Source of the DNA: a virus
Lineage: Duplodnaviria > Caudoviricetes
Direction: 5' to 3' (one strand)
Length of the DNA stretch: 64,000 bases
IMG/VR virus record: IMGVR_UViG_3300009868_000005
Span: 4,724 to 68,723 of that record
The number at the start of each line of letters is the position of its first letter. The stretch's first letter is position 1. The notes beneath the pieces were generated by a model. That model was not told the DNA's origin and searched no databases. It saw only the letters and a list, made by a program, of their open reading frames with translations. This document shows, in pieces, positions 19,006 through 27,812 of this stretch. Position numbers and translations under genes: made by a program.

Positions 19006-19608
19006 ATGCGAAAACCCAACCCCATTCAAGGCATCGCGGACGACGTCATCTTCGTGCCCCCTGAACTTCTCCGCGACGAGGAGCCCAAGGGTGCTCGTGC
19101 GAACCCCCCGAAGCGGAAGCGATGGTACTCCGGGGAGCCCGTGAGCTTGTACGGTGGCTACGAGGGGCTGCTGGTTCGGACGGTGCTGCTGCGAAGCACG
19201 AGCTTCGACCCGAAGGGCAAACTCCCTTCAATCAGCTGTGCCGACGACGTTTTCAATTTGGTGAGGCACCTGGGATGGCACGATCAGGAGCACATCGTCG
19301 TGCTCGCCCTCAACGCCAGAAATGACGTGACCGCGATTTACGAGGCGGCCATTGGTGGTCGAGCTTCCGCGGGGCTTGAGGTCCAGTCCGTCCTCAAGGT
19401 GCTTGTTCTCACCGCCTCTGCGGCATGCGTGCTCGTTCACAACCACCCGAGTGGCGACGAGACGCCATCCAAAGAGGACATCCAAATGACGAAGGCACTC
19501 GCCGACGTTCTCAAGTGTTCGGGGTTCACTCTGGTTGATCACATGATCATCTCGCACGGCCGCTTCTTTTCTTTCCTTGAGCACGACCTCCCTATCAACG
19601 GCAGGTAG
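19006..19608 (+). CDS. radC: RadC-like JAB domain protein
   Basis: QEHIVVLALN, HNHPSGDETPSKED and LVDHMII motifs. Confidence 0.95.
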   Translation: MRKPNPIQGIADDVIFVPPELLRDEEPKGARANPPKRKRWYSGEPVSLYGGYEGLLVRTVLLRSTSFDPKGKLPSISCADDVFNLVRHLGWHDQEHIVVLALNARNDVTAIYEAAIGGRASAGLEVQSVLKVLVLTASAACVLVHNHPSGDETPSKEDIQMTKALADVLKCSGFTLVDHMIISHGRFFSFLEHDLPINGR

Positions 19609-19647
19609 GGCTGACAGGTTTGGGGTGGTCGCGTACAATCCCTCCCC

Positions 19648-20679
19648 ATGACGGATTTCTTCTACTGGGGCGGCCCGGTGTACTGCTCGACCGCCGAAAA
19701 GCTCGCCTGGGAGCGGCCCACCAAGGTTTTCTGCAAGCCTCTCGAGGGCTCGAGCAACGGGGCGTTCTTCAGTACCCTCGGGGCTGATCCTGTCGGGTCG
19801 CTGCTTGCGAAGGCCGGCGTCACCGAGCGAGGCAGCATCGGCTTCGGGGGCTTCAGCGCCTTCCACGGTTTTCTGGACCCGCTTCTGCAGGCGCAGGCCG
19901 ATCAGGTGGACTACGTGCACCTCGCGGACGCGTGCTTCCAGGGCGCCGGTGCCACCGCGGCCAAGAAGGGGCTGCTGGCCTTTGCCAAACGAGCCGTGGC
20001 TGGCAAGGCCCGCATGACCGTCACGACCAACGGGCCATGGGACCAGGACATCTCGTACTGGGGGCCGGCGGGAAGCAAGTACGAGGGCACCAAGTTCAGC
20101 CTCACGAGCGGAGCCAAGTGCTTCGGCAACGTCTGGCGGGAAGCCGTCGGAAGCCTCGCCGAGGCCAGCGCGGACATCCCTGCCGGCGTCCCCAAGCCTG
20201 ACCGCATCTTTCGGGCGGGGGAGCTGTACTGGTTCCACTACGAGGGCAAGGGTGTCAAGGACCCCCACGGCTGGCACACCAACGATCTGGCGAGGCCGTT
20301 CATGCAGCTGTACGGGGTGCCGTGGATGGCCGGCCACCGGGGTGCAGGACCCTTGCTGCCGGGATTGCCTTCGATCTCAGGCGAGGGGAGCGCGGGGGTT
20401 GCGGTCCTCCTTCTCGCCCTCGTGGCAGCTGGCATCCTCGGGGGCTACTGGGTCGCCAAGAGCAGGGGGTACCTGCCCAACCACAACGAGGTCCTCGGCT
20501 ACGTGGCGCAGTCCTTCCCGAAGGTCTGTCGATGCTGCGGGAGGTCGTACACCCGAAGAACCTGGGAGCAGCTTCCCATCTGCGGGACGCAGAGCTTCCC
20601 ATGGGGGGAGGAGGGCGAATTTCGCAACTGCCACTGCGGCTCGACCCTGTACGTGATCGTGGTGGAAGGGGATGCGTAG
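19648..20679 (+). CDS. Alpha/beta-hydrolase-like protein + TM helix + C-terminal Zn-binding domain
   Basis: GFGGFSAF (degenerate nucleophile elbow), VHLADACF, late His. TM VAVLLLALVAAGILGGYW. CRCCG...NCHCGSTL. Promoter CTGACA(19611)-N17-TACAAT(19634)-N8-ATG. Confidence 0.6.
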   Translation: MTDFFYWGGPVYCSTAEKLAWERPTKVFCKPLEGSSNGAFFSTLGADPVGSLLAKAGVTERGSIGFGGFSAFHGFLDPLLQAQADQVDYVHLADACFQGAGATAAKKGLLAFAKRAVAGKARMTVTTNGPWDQDISYWGPAGSKYEGTKFSLTSGAKCFGNVWREAVGSLAEASADIPAGVPKPDRIFRAGELYWFHYEGKGVKDPHGWHTNDLARPFMQLYGVPWMAGHRGAGPLLPGLPSISGEGSAGVAVLLLALVAAGILGGYWVAKSRGYLPNHNEVLGYVAQSFPKVCRCCGRSYTRRTWEQLPICGTQSFPWGEEGEFRNCHCGSTLYVIVVEGDA

Positions 20680-20686
20680 AACATGA

Positions 20687-20714
20687 TTGACATGCGATAA
20701 GCGTGTGCTAGCTT
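20687..20714 (+). promoter_or_regulatory. sigma70-like promoter
   Basis: TTGACA-N16-TAGCTT with an extended -10 TG, upstream of the AAGGAG RBS of 20757. Confidence 0.6.
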
Positions 20715-20756
20715 GCGGATTCGGCGACCGCGAGTAAGCGGGCCAAGGAGATACCC

Positions 20757-21737
20757 ATGGACCGACACGCCTATCAGCCTCCCATCCCCACCGTTGACCT
20801 TCTGCCCCCCCCCAATCTCGACGACCTCTGCGGTATTGCTGACCTAGCTGCCGACGTGCTCATGCTGCACGCAGGCAAGGTCGCCTCTGCGGCCGGCGGC
20901 ATCTTCAAACCCCACCCCCCAGACGACGGCGGCGACATGCTCGTGTCTGCCGAGGTGCCGGACACCGACGGCAAACCCGTCCCATGCGTGGTCTTGAGCT
21001 TCGTGTCCGAAGAGATCGTGGACGAGGACGTGGTCGTGGTCGAGGCGGGGCTCGACTGGGAGAAGGCCGGTGACCTCGTGGACGAAGCCGTGGAAGCGGA
21101 GGCCGACCAGGACGTTGGCGTCATCAGCGTCCTTTTCAACCGCAGGTGGAGCGCGCACGGCCTGATGGACACGGCCGTGTACGGCTTCTACGCACTTTTC
21201 GAATCCATCGGCCACGAGATCGGCCACATGCTCGACAAGGAGCACACCCTCGGGCAGCCCGACTACGAGGACGAGAAGGGGCAGAAGGCCAATCACAAGT
21301 ACGTTTTCGATGAAGCCGAGGTGCGCGCTCGCGTCTGGGCAGCCCTCGCCGTCTACAGCCACGTCTACCTGCACGCAACCGTGGGCGAGCGGTGGGACGA
21401 AGACATGATCAAGCCGCCCGCGGACTCTTCGAACTTGGCCCAGTGGACGAAGTTCGTCGAGGACTCCCCGCTCGGGGACATGCCTCTTGACGAGTTCAAC
21501 GACGACAACCGGGCCCTCTTCATTGAGATGCTCGCCGAGGTTGCCGTGGGCCTCAGGCATGAAGCGGAGGACGAGGGCACGCTTCCTCGCATCCTGGCCC
21601 CCCTTTCGGAGGCAAGAAGGCTGGGAGCGAAGATTCCTGACCCCTGCAAAGCGGACGAGAATCACATGGACGAGGCAGCTCGAGTGCTTGCGTCACACTG
21701 CTTGAAAATGTGGGACGAATCCAACCAAGAGAGGTGA
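20757..21737 (+). CDS. Zincin-like metallopeptidase domain protein (acidic)
   Basis: HEIGHMLD followed by YVFDEAEVRA (third-ligand Glu). Confidence 0.6.
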   Translation: MDRHAYQPPIPTVDLLPPPNLDDLCGIADLAADVLMLHAGKVASAAGGIFKPHPPDDGGDMLVSAEVPDTDGKPVPCVVLSFVSEEIVDEDVVVVEAGLDWEKAGDLVDEAVEAEADQDVGVISVLFNRRWSAHGLMDTAVYGFYALFESIGHEIGHMLDKEHTLGQPDYEDEKGQKANHKYVFDEAEVRARVWAALAVYSHVYLHATVGERWDEDMIKPPADSSNLAQWTKFVEDSPLGDMPLDEFNDDNRALFIEMLAEVAVGLRHEAEDEGTLPRILAPLSEARRLGAKIPDPCKADENHMDEAARVLASHCLKMWDESNQER

Positions 21738-21739
21738 CT

Positions 21740-22294
21740 ATGTACGGGGACATCAGTTTTCAGTTCGTGGGCACGGTTGCGCAAGACCGCGAGTACGGTC
21801 AGATGCGAAACGGCCAGGATCGAGCGACGATCAACGTCGCGATCAACACCCCGAGAAAGAACCGGTACACCGGCGAGTTCGAAGAAGTGACGACGTGGGT
21901 TCGCGTGGCCGTCTTCGGAGAGAGGGTGCGAAGCGCGGGCGTGGACCGCTGCATCAAGGGCATGCCCGTTTTCATGCGGGGCACCATTCAGAGCTACCAG
22001 CATGAATTCGGCGATCAGAAGCTCACCATGTACAACTTCCGGCCCGACATCATCCGACCGCTTATGAGCGTCGAGCAGGTGACTGGCAGGGCGGAGCGGC
22101 GAGGCGGTCGAGGGTACCAGGACGACCCGCCGCCGCCCCGCAGTGTGCCCACCAGCGCACCGATGCCTTCACCGGCGCCCTCTGCCCCCGGTCCTGCCTC
22201 CGAGGCCCTCTACGCGCCTCTTGTGCCCTCGTCCCCTGGCGGCCCTCCACCGCCCGAGGGTGACGATTCAGGGTCCAACTACTTCGACGACTGA
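21740..22294 (+). CDS. ssb: Single-stranded DNA-binding protein
   Basis: OB-fold pattern (FVGTVAQD, TWVRVAVFG, IKGMPVFMRGTI), Pro/Gly linker, acidic tip NYFDD. GAGGTGA RBS. Confidence 0.9.
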   Translation: MYGDISFQFVGTVAQDREYGQMRNGQDRATINVAINTPRKNRYTGEFEEVTTWVRVAVFGERVRSAGVDRCIKGMPVFMRGTIQSYQHEFGDQKLTMYNFRPDIIRPLMSVEQVTGRAERRGGRGYQDDPPPPRSVPTSAPMPSPAPSAPGPASEALYAPLVPSSPGGPPPPEGDDSGSNYFDD

Positions 22295-23053
22295 CCGCCG
22301 GAAGCGGTGCGCCTGGATGAAACAGAACTCCGGGGGCGCGCTTCGCCCGATCGTTTCGAACCACTCGACCACCTCCTCGTCCGCGTCCGTGAGCTCTCGG
22401 ATGCGGCTTCCAAAGACGTCCTCCAGCGTCCAGTAGGGAAGCAGGCCCACGCCCGCGGACTTCTCGAGCGTGAAGCCGTGCGATTGGACCGTGTCGATCA
22501 ACTCCTGGAAACCGAATTCGTGGACGTGGTCGGTCGAGCAGTAGGGCGCCTCCCCCTTGCCGAGCTTGCGGCGGATGCGGTTGTGGAGGCTGTCGCGGTT
22601 CGGCGTAGTGAGAACGAACGTGGCGTGCGGGCGCATTGCTTGGTGAATCGCCTGAAGCCCCTTGGGCACGTCCGTCCAGTGCTCGATGCTTTCCTGGGCC
22701 ACTACGAGATCGAACGGGGCCATGCCGGCGCCCAGCTCGAACTTCTCGATCGCGCAGCACACGAACTTGACGGCCGGATACGCCTCTCGGGCGAGCTTGA
22801 CGGCCACCTCGCTGATCTCGACTCCCACGATGTTGTGGTGGGGCCAGAAGGCGGCGATGCCCCCTTGGCCGCTTCCCACGTCTAGGGTCCTGACCGTGGG
22901 GTTGATCACCTCTCCGAACCTGTCACAAAGCGACAGCGTCGTGTCTCGGATGTTGTTGCCTCGGAGCAGGTCGAAGGGCAGGGCGGACTTGTAGGCGGTG
23001 CCGGCGGCGTACCGCTCGTCCATCATCGTCTTGACATCGGATGTGCTTGGCAT
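22268..23053 (-). CDS. Class I SAM-dependent methyltransferase
   Basis: TLDVGSGQG, VGVEIS, FDLVVAQESIEH, FVLTTPN, HVHEF. Only the 3' part of the 526-aa track ORF is real. Confidence 0.9.
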   Translation of the reverse strand: MPSTSDVKTMMDERYAAGTAYKSALPFDLLRGNNIRDTTLSLCDRFGEVINPTVRTLDVGSGQGGIAAFWPHHNIVGVEISEVAVKLAREAYPAVKFVCCAIEKFELGAGMAPFDLVVAQESIEHWTDVPKGLQAIHQAMRPHATFVLTTPNRDSLHNRIRRKLGKGEAPYCSTDHVHEFGFQELIDTVQSHGFTLEKSAGVGLLPYWTLEDVFGSRIRELTDADEEVVEWFETIGRSAPPEFCFIQAHRFRRSVVEVVGP

Positions 23054-23059
23054 GTGCGC

Positions 23060-23110
23060 AGGGTATGCGAAGCATGGGCCCGTGACAAGCGAGACCCGTC
23101 CAGCGACAAT
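23060..23110. promoter_or_regulatory. Back-to-back promoters with overlapping -35 boxes
   Basis: Minus: TTGTCA(23088-83)-N17-TACCCT(23065-60)-N6-ATG23053. Plus: GTGACA(23082-87)-N17-GACAAT(23105-10)-N6-ATG23117. Confidence 0.7.
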
Positions 23111-23116
23111 GGTCCG

Positions 23117-24004
23117 ATGAAACGAAACGGCCTGGTGACGATCCCTTCTGCCCGGGTGATCGACGAGATGACCGAGTGGGTGTACGACGCGATCAAGTGG
23201 TGGCTCCCGCACCCGGAGGACCCCCGTGAGGGCGTCGCCCCGCACGTCATCACGCAGCGAGGCCGGACCTATCCCATCGACCTTGAAACCCTCCAGGCGT
23301 ACGACCCCGATGAGACCCTCGACAGGGACGAGTACTACGACATCGACGTGGACCCGGACTGGCAAGGGCAGTGCGTGAAGTCGGACGAGCTTCGCGCTCG
23401 GTCTGCGGACGGGCGGGTTGTGCATGCGACCGTGGAGGCTTGGGTGATCAACGAGCCTAGGGCGGCCTCTTGGCTCGGGGATGCGGAGACGAAGAGGGAT
23501 GGAAGCTCGGTCATCCGGGTGATGTTCAACTGGGCTTCCATCGACACGGACGACAATCCCAGGCGTCTCAGAGGCGAGGGCTACGGGGCGAAGATCTACA
23601 ACACGATCCGAGCCATCCTCGTGCACGAGATCGTTCACTGGCTGGACCCGAACAGCCGCGGTGAGCAGGACGATCTTGGCCATGCGGACCCGCGGGATAT
23701 GGTGCTGCCGTGGGAAATGAAAGCTTGGGAGAAAGCTTACGCTTCGGACCCTCGAGAGTTCGAGCCCCTGAAGCGGGAAGCGTACGAGCGGCTCAAGCAG
23801 CTGTGGCTCGACGAGGGGCCGCGGGACTACGCTGGCTTCCCCATGCATCTGTGGAGGCAGGTTCTCGAGGAGGCGCCGAACATCGCCACCATGCTCAAGT
23901 ACGCTGATGCCAAGACGAAGAGGGCCGTCCTACGGGACATCACGACCGCCTGGGACAAGCACATCGGAAGGTGGCGCCGACGGGTCCAGCTGGGCTACGA
24001 GTAG
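23117..24004 (+). CDS. Zincin-like metallopeptidase domain protein
   Basis: HEIVHWLD...YASDPREFE. Same motif layout as 20757..21737. Confidence 0.6.
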   Translation: MKRNGLVTIPSARVIDEMTEWVYDAIKWWLPHPEDPREGVAPHVITQRGRTYPIDLETLQAYDPDETLDRDEYYDIDVDPDWQGQCVKSDELRARSADGRVVHATVEAWVINEPRAASWLGDAETKRDGSSVIRVMFNWASIDTDDNPRRLRGEGYGAKIYNTIRAILVHEIVHWLDPNSRGEQDDLGHADPRDMVLPWEMKAWEKAYASDPREFEPLKREAYERLKQLWLDEGPRDYAGFPMHLWRQVLEEAPNIATMLKYADAKTKRAVLRDITTAWDKHIGRWRRRVQLGYE

Positions 24005-24167
24005 TTTCTCGCAGGTGGTCTGGTCGTTGTCGCAGTCGCCCCAGGGAAGCGCGTCCCGCCATGCGTGGGGGATATTCCTGGGTTTCGGATACCCACTGCA
24101 CAGCAGCATCTTCATCTTTGGCTTGAACGATGACTTCTGTGGTGACGTGAACCTTGAAAAGAGGCAT
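23930..24167 (-). pseudogene. Small phage protein with an apparent +1 frameshift in a C5 run
   Basis: GGAG RBS and MPLFKVHVTTEVIVQAKDEDAA...EY in one frame; PHAWRDALPWGDCD...TCEKLL in the next frame. Confidence 0.45.
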
Positions 24168-24182
24168 GCTTTCTCCATGGGG

Positions 24183-24255
24183 CGTCCCCGGCAAGACTTG
24201 AACTTGCAACGGACGGTTTAGGAAACCGCTACTCTATCCTTTGAGCTACGGGGAC
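24183..24255 (-). tRNA. tRNA-Arg (anticodon CCT), CCA not encoded
   Basis: Acceptor GTCCCCG/CGGGGAC, D arm GCTC..GAGT, anticodon arm GCGGT-TTCCTAA-ACCGT, T arm GCAAG-TTCAAGT-CTTGC. Confidence 0.93.
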
Positions 24256-24834
24256 TCAGGCCAGAGGGCCTCGGGGTTGTCCGGCTGCGTTCAGGGGGAC
24301 GAGATGGTACTTCGTGCCCCTCTTCTCTCCGCTGACGGTGATGCGTCTGTCCTGGTGGAGGCGCTTGAGGATCGAAGACGCCCTCTTCGTCTCCATGCCC
24401 GTCCTCAGGGCAATGGCGGTGACTGTGTCGCCCACCGGGCTCATGGTCTCCAGCACGCGAGCCAACTCTTCGTCGGTGAAGCGCCCCGCCGGCTTGCCGA
24501 ATCGCTTGGGTGACGCTGACGGGAACGCTTCGAACATCGCCGTCAGGATGACCTTCTCGCTGGCGAACTTGCCCATGGCCTGCGCCATCTCGCAGAGGTA
24601 GGTCTTCGCGATCTTCTCTCGGTTCTCGAGGTCGCCAAGCTCCTTTTGTACTGTCACGAGCTTGCTCTGAAGCTCCTTGACCTGATCGGCGATGCTCTCG
24701 GCGCGACGCGAAAGCTGCGCGCGTGCGTCGTCGATGGATTCCGAAGACCAGCCGGACTTTTCCATGAACGTGCTGAAAAGAGCCTGCGTGTCAACGGTAG
24801 GGGTAGCAGCGGTGTCGGAAGCGACTTTTGCCAT
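24256..24834 (-). CDS. Coiled-coil + C-terminal winged-helix DNA-binding protein
   Basis: Heptad region, then IALRTGMETKRASSILKRL..ITVSGEKRGTKY. AGGAG RBS. Confidence 0.7.
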   Translation of the reverse strand: MAKVASDTAATPTVDTQALFSTFMEKSGWSSESIDDARAQLSRRAESIADQVKELQSKLVTVQKELGDLENREKIAKTYLCEMAQAMGKFASEKVILTAMFEAFPSASPKRFGKPAGRFTDEELARVLETMSPVGDTVTAIALRTGMETKRASSILKRLHQDRRITVSGEKRGTKYHLVPLNAAGQPRGPLA

Positions 24835-24914
24835 GTGTAAAAACTCCTAGATGAGGGTGTGAGGCATGAAGTAGCACAACTCCCGACGATAGGGGAAACG
24901 AATTCGATCACGCT

Positions 24915-25214
24915 TCAGTCGCAGCCGCAAACGCCACCATGACGGGAGCAGCAGCCACGTTTGCTCCCACCGCATGTGCAAGATGGGGAAAGCGTACCAT
25001 CGCAGCATCTGACCCTGCCGGTTGAAGCCCGCGTTGGTGCAGGGTGGGGCTTACGGGCTGTGGTTGCAGTCGCAACAGGCGAAACAGCGGCGGGTAAGAC
25101 GTACGCAGTTGAGGTTTTGGATGGGATGGTCGGCGGCCGACTCGATTTGGCTTTCGGTGCATCCTCGCAGCAGCAGGATGTAAGGAGCAATATCAATGCA
25201 AGAAGAATTTTCAT
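24915..25214 (-). CDS. Lipoprotein with Cys-rich C-terminal domain
   Basis: MKILLALILLLTSC lipobox-like signal. CCDGTLSPSCTC..RGCCSRHGGVCGC. Confidence 0.75.
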   Translation of the reverse strand: MKILLALILLLTSCCCEDAPKAKSSRPPTIPSKTSTAYVLPAAVSPVATATTARKPHPAPTRASTGRVRCCDGTLSPSCTCGGSKRGCCSRHGGVCGCD

Positions 25215-26203
25215 CGATTTCGAGGCTCCTGTTGTACGAAGAGTTCCTTGGGCCATTCGGTTGGGTCCTCACCTTTTGGATGAACGGTTCGGAAGAACTT
25301 GTTTCCCAGCCAAGCATTGGCGCCGACTTGCTTCATGTACACGGGCACATTCGCAAACCGAGCCTGTTTGATGATCGTCATCGCCCATTCGATGTTGAAT
25401 GGTCTGGCCTTGGGCCCGCTCTCGCCGCCGATGACGATCCAGTCAATGAGACTGTCGATCATGCCGTACGTGCTGCAAACCTTCTCGAACCCCGGCGAGA
25501 CCCGGCCGCAGACCGTGCACCGACCCTGTTGCCTGCCCGAGGGGGAGGGATCGGTATCGACCCACTGCGCCATGTGGGGCAGGACGCCTTCGGCGGCGAG
25601 CGAGATCGGCTCGAGCAGGGGCTCGAGGCTGAGCCACCGGACCCTTGCGGGAGCTTGCTTGAGCCATCGCACCTGCTCTTTCAGGTCCTTCGCCGTCGAT
25701 GCGGAGGCTCCCAGCCGAACGTTGGCAAGTGGCTTGAGAGACAGGTCGGGAAGCTCGATGGTCCTGCACGGGTGCTTCGGGAACTGCATTTGGATGTCCT
25801 GCATCCACAATCGGAGCCGACTGCCAAGCTCGGGATCGGACAAGTATTCGGCCGCCCGTTCGGCTCTTTTGGTGAGAACGTCGAACGTGTGGTGTGGGCT
25901 GAGCGACATCGTGGCCCACACCTTGTCGATCCAAGGTCGTTCGACGCTTGGGTGAAAGATGTCGCTGGTACTGCAAACGAAGTACGTCTGCGGTTTGCGC
26001 TTCCTGATGGGGTCGAACGCTCTTTGCGGTCGGAAGCGAACAACGCCGGTCCACTTGCCGTCTTTGGCAAGGTCCGCGTAGTCGGGGAGGTGGGCCAATC
26101 GCGTGGAAGCTTCCCTGGCAGCGTAGCAATGAGCGCAGCCCGCTGCGATGGCAGAGCACCCCACGATCGGGTTCCAGCTGGCGGTTGTGTACCTGATGGT
26201 CAC
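25211..26203 (-). CDS. Phage Gp37/Gp68 (DUF5131) protein
   Basis: WNPIVGCSAIAAGCAHCYA, STSDIFH, LTKR, WLSLEPLL, WIVIGGESGPKARP. Confidence 0.92.
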   Translation of the reverse strand: MTIRYTTASWNPIVGCSAIAAGCAHCYAAREASTRLAHLPDYADLAKDGKWTGVVRFRPQRAFDPIRKRKPQTYFVCSTSDIFHPSVERPWIDKVWATMSLSPHHTFDVLTKRAERAAEYLSDPELGSRLRLWMQDIQMQFPKHPCRTIELPDLSLKPLANVRLGASASTAKDLKEQVRWLKQAPARVRWLSLEPLLEPISLAAEGVLPHMAQWVDTDPSPSGRQQGRCTVCGRVSPGFEKVCSTYGMIDSLIDWIVIGGESGPKARPFNIEWAMTIIKQARFANVPVYMKQVGANAWLGNKFFRTVHPKGEDPTEWPKELFVQQEPRNR

Positions 26204-26205
26204 GG

Positions 26206-26280
26206 TTACCTCCGAGAAAGGAGCACGATGATCGCCGCGAGCGCGAGGACTATCGCGACGACCTCAATTGTGGGAGTCAA
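26206..26280 (-). CDS. 24-aa single-TM peptide
   Basis: TTG start overlaps the recT stop (TTGA). TPTIEVVAIVLALAAIIVLLSRR. Confidence 0.45.
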   Translation of the reverse strand: MTPTIEVVAIVLALAAIIVLLSRR

Positions 26281-27440
26281 CCGAAAAAGTCCTCGCCGTC
26301 GGAGAGCACCGCACTCGACTCCCCTGCCAGCTCGTGCTGTGGCTCTTCCGCGGGGGCGGCGGCAGGGGCCGCCTGGGGAGCCGCGGGCGGACGGACGGGC
26401 TGGGGCGCTGGCGCGGGAGCCTGGGGGGCGGCAGGGGCCGCCTGGGGAGCCGCGGGCGGACGGACGGGCTGGGGCGCTGGCGCGGGAGCCTGGGGGGCGG
26501 CAGGGGCCGCCTGGGGGGCGGCAGGGGCCGCCTGCTTCACGGGCTGGGCCGGCTCCACGTACGGCTCTGTCTCGGCATCCGGGATGTCCTCCAGTTCCGC
26601 TTGCGCCTTGGTCGGCTGGCCCCGGTAGGTCCTTCGGGACTGGACGCGATCCTTGGTCGCTTGCACCCTTCCTGTCGGCGAGGGCGTCTCATCGAGACCG
26701 GGGAGGCTCGGAACGTCCTCGTACGCCCTCTCGGAATCGGTGGACTCGTCCATGCGGATGGCCCTTTCGAGCGCTCGGTCCATCTCCGAATTCTTGGGAG
26801 CGTCCTTCAGGGCTGCTCGCAGGCCGGTTTTCCGGTACATCTCGAGCGGGTGCGTGTTCCACGGGTGATCCTTCTTGCGAAGTCCGGGGGCGTTCTTTCG
26901 CACCTCCTCGAGCTTCCACATCGGCATGACGTGATGCTTGATCGCACCGCTGGAAAGCTCGATCTGCACGTACGCAGCCACGGGCTTTCCGGGCTGGTCG
27001 AGGCCCAGGTACGGCTCGTAGTCCACGTCGTTTCGACCGAGGTTGGGCACGAACTTGTCCTTCTCGTAAACCATGTAGGCGTCCACGCGTCGGATGAGCG
27101 GGCTCTGGTAGCACAGCTTGAGCAGCCCCTTGTACCCGACGATGAAGCGGGCTCGCTTGGGAGCGTTGGGGTTCTGGGAGCTGCCGTAGGGGATGATGAA
27201 TCCCTCGCCGAAGAACCCGCCCACGCTCAGCCCCACCTCGGCCGCCTGGACGAACGACCAGAAAAGGCTCGCCGGGGTGCACTCCGACAAGCTGGGGTTC
27301 TCGAACATGTGCTTGTACATGGTGGCGACGCACGTATCGAAATCGACGTGCGCGGGAAGCACCGGAGCGATCATGTGGCGAGCGTCGATCAGCTGGGCTC
27401 GAACGACTTCGCGGGTTTCGGACACGACGAGATTTGACAT
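26277..27440 (-). CDS. recT: RecT-family single-strand annealing protein
   Basis: AAEVGLS..GEGFIIPY, FIVGYKGLLKL, VYEKDKF, AAYV, PW...EMYRKT. Pro/Ala/Gln C-terminal linker. Confidence 0.92.
   Translation of the reverse strand: MSNLVVSETREVVRAQLIDARHMIAPVLPAHVDFDTCVATMYKHMFENPSLSECTPASLFWSFVQAAEVGLSVGGFFGEGFIIPYGSSQNPNAPKRARFIVGYKGLLKLCYQSPLIRRVDAYMVYEKDKFVPNLGRNDVDYEPYLGLDQPGKPVAAYVQIELSSGAIKHHVMPMWKLEEVRKNAPGLRKKDHPWNTHPLEMYRKTGLRAALKDAPKNSEMDRALERAIRMDESTDSERAYEDVPSLPGLDETPSPTGRVQATKDRVQSRRTYRGQPTKAQAELEDIPDAETEPYVEPAQPVKQAAPAAPQAAPAAPQAPAPAPQPVRPPAAPQAAPAAPQAPAPAPQPVRPPAAPQAAPAAAPAEEPQHELAGESSAVLSDGEDFFG
26359..26534 (-). repeat. Coding tandem repeat in the RecT linker
   Basis: 69-bp unit x2 (starts at 26359 and 26428) plus 21-bp sub-units, encoding APAAPQAPAPAPQPVRPPAAPQ-like units. 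Confidence 0.9.
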
Positions 27441-27452
27441 GGGTTCCCTTTC

Positions 27453-27812
27453 CTACTCGACCTTGTAGCGTGCGACCTTCATCACGGGGATGCCCCGCGA
27501 TTCGGCTCTTCGTGTGAGATCTGCCGTCCCCTTTCCACCAGGAAAGGCGATGACTACGTCGGGGCGCTCTGTGGCGAGCATCTCGGAGTTTCGCTTCGGG
27601 CCTGCCGATCTGCCCCACTTCTTCCAGTCCGCGGGGTAGGGGGAATTCTCTATCCCGCGGGAAAGGGCCCACTCCTGCGCAAGAAGGTCGGTCCCCTCAC
27701 ACGCTCCATGGGCCAGGCGGGTGATGGGCTGGCGAGCGTGGATCGCGTCGAGCGCTTGGAAAACGAAGCTCGCGCTCTTCTGAAAACGGCTCCCGCCGAC
27801 GACGATCTTCAT
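27453..27812 (-). CDS. SLOG-family protein (DUF2493/YspA-like)
   Basis: IVVGGSR, HGACEGTD, PADWKKWGRSAGPKRNSEML, AFPGGKGTAD. Confidence 0.92.
   Translation of the reverse strand: MKIVVGGSRFQKSASFVFQALDAIHARQPITRLAHGACEGTDLLAQEWALSRGIENSPYPADWKKWGRSAGPKRNSEMLATERPDVVIAFPGGKGTADLTRRAESRGIPVMKVARYKVE

Noticed and set aside
23054-23848. N-terminal half of the 526-aa minus-strand ORF
   Set aside because: Shadow of the zincin gene. The methyltransferase starts at 23053 with its own promoter.
25196-26929. 577-aa plus-strand ORF and similar long ORFs (17106, 26268, 27845, 28777)
   Set aside because: Antisense or off-frame shadows of clearly motif-bearing genes.
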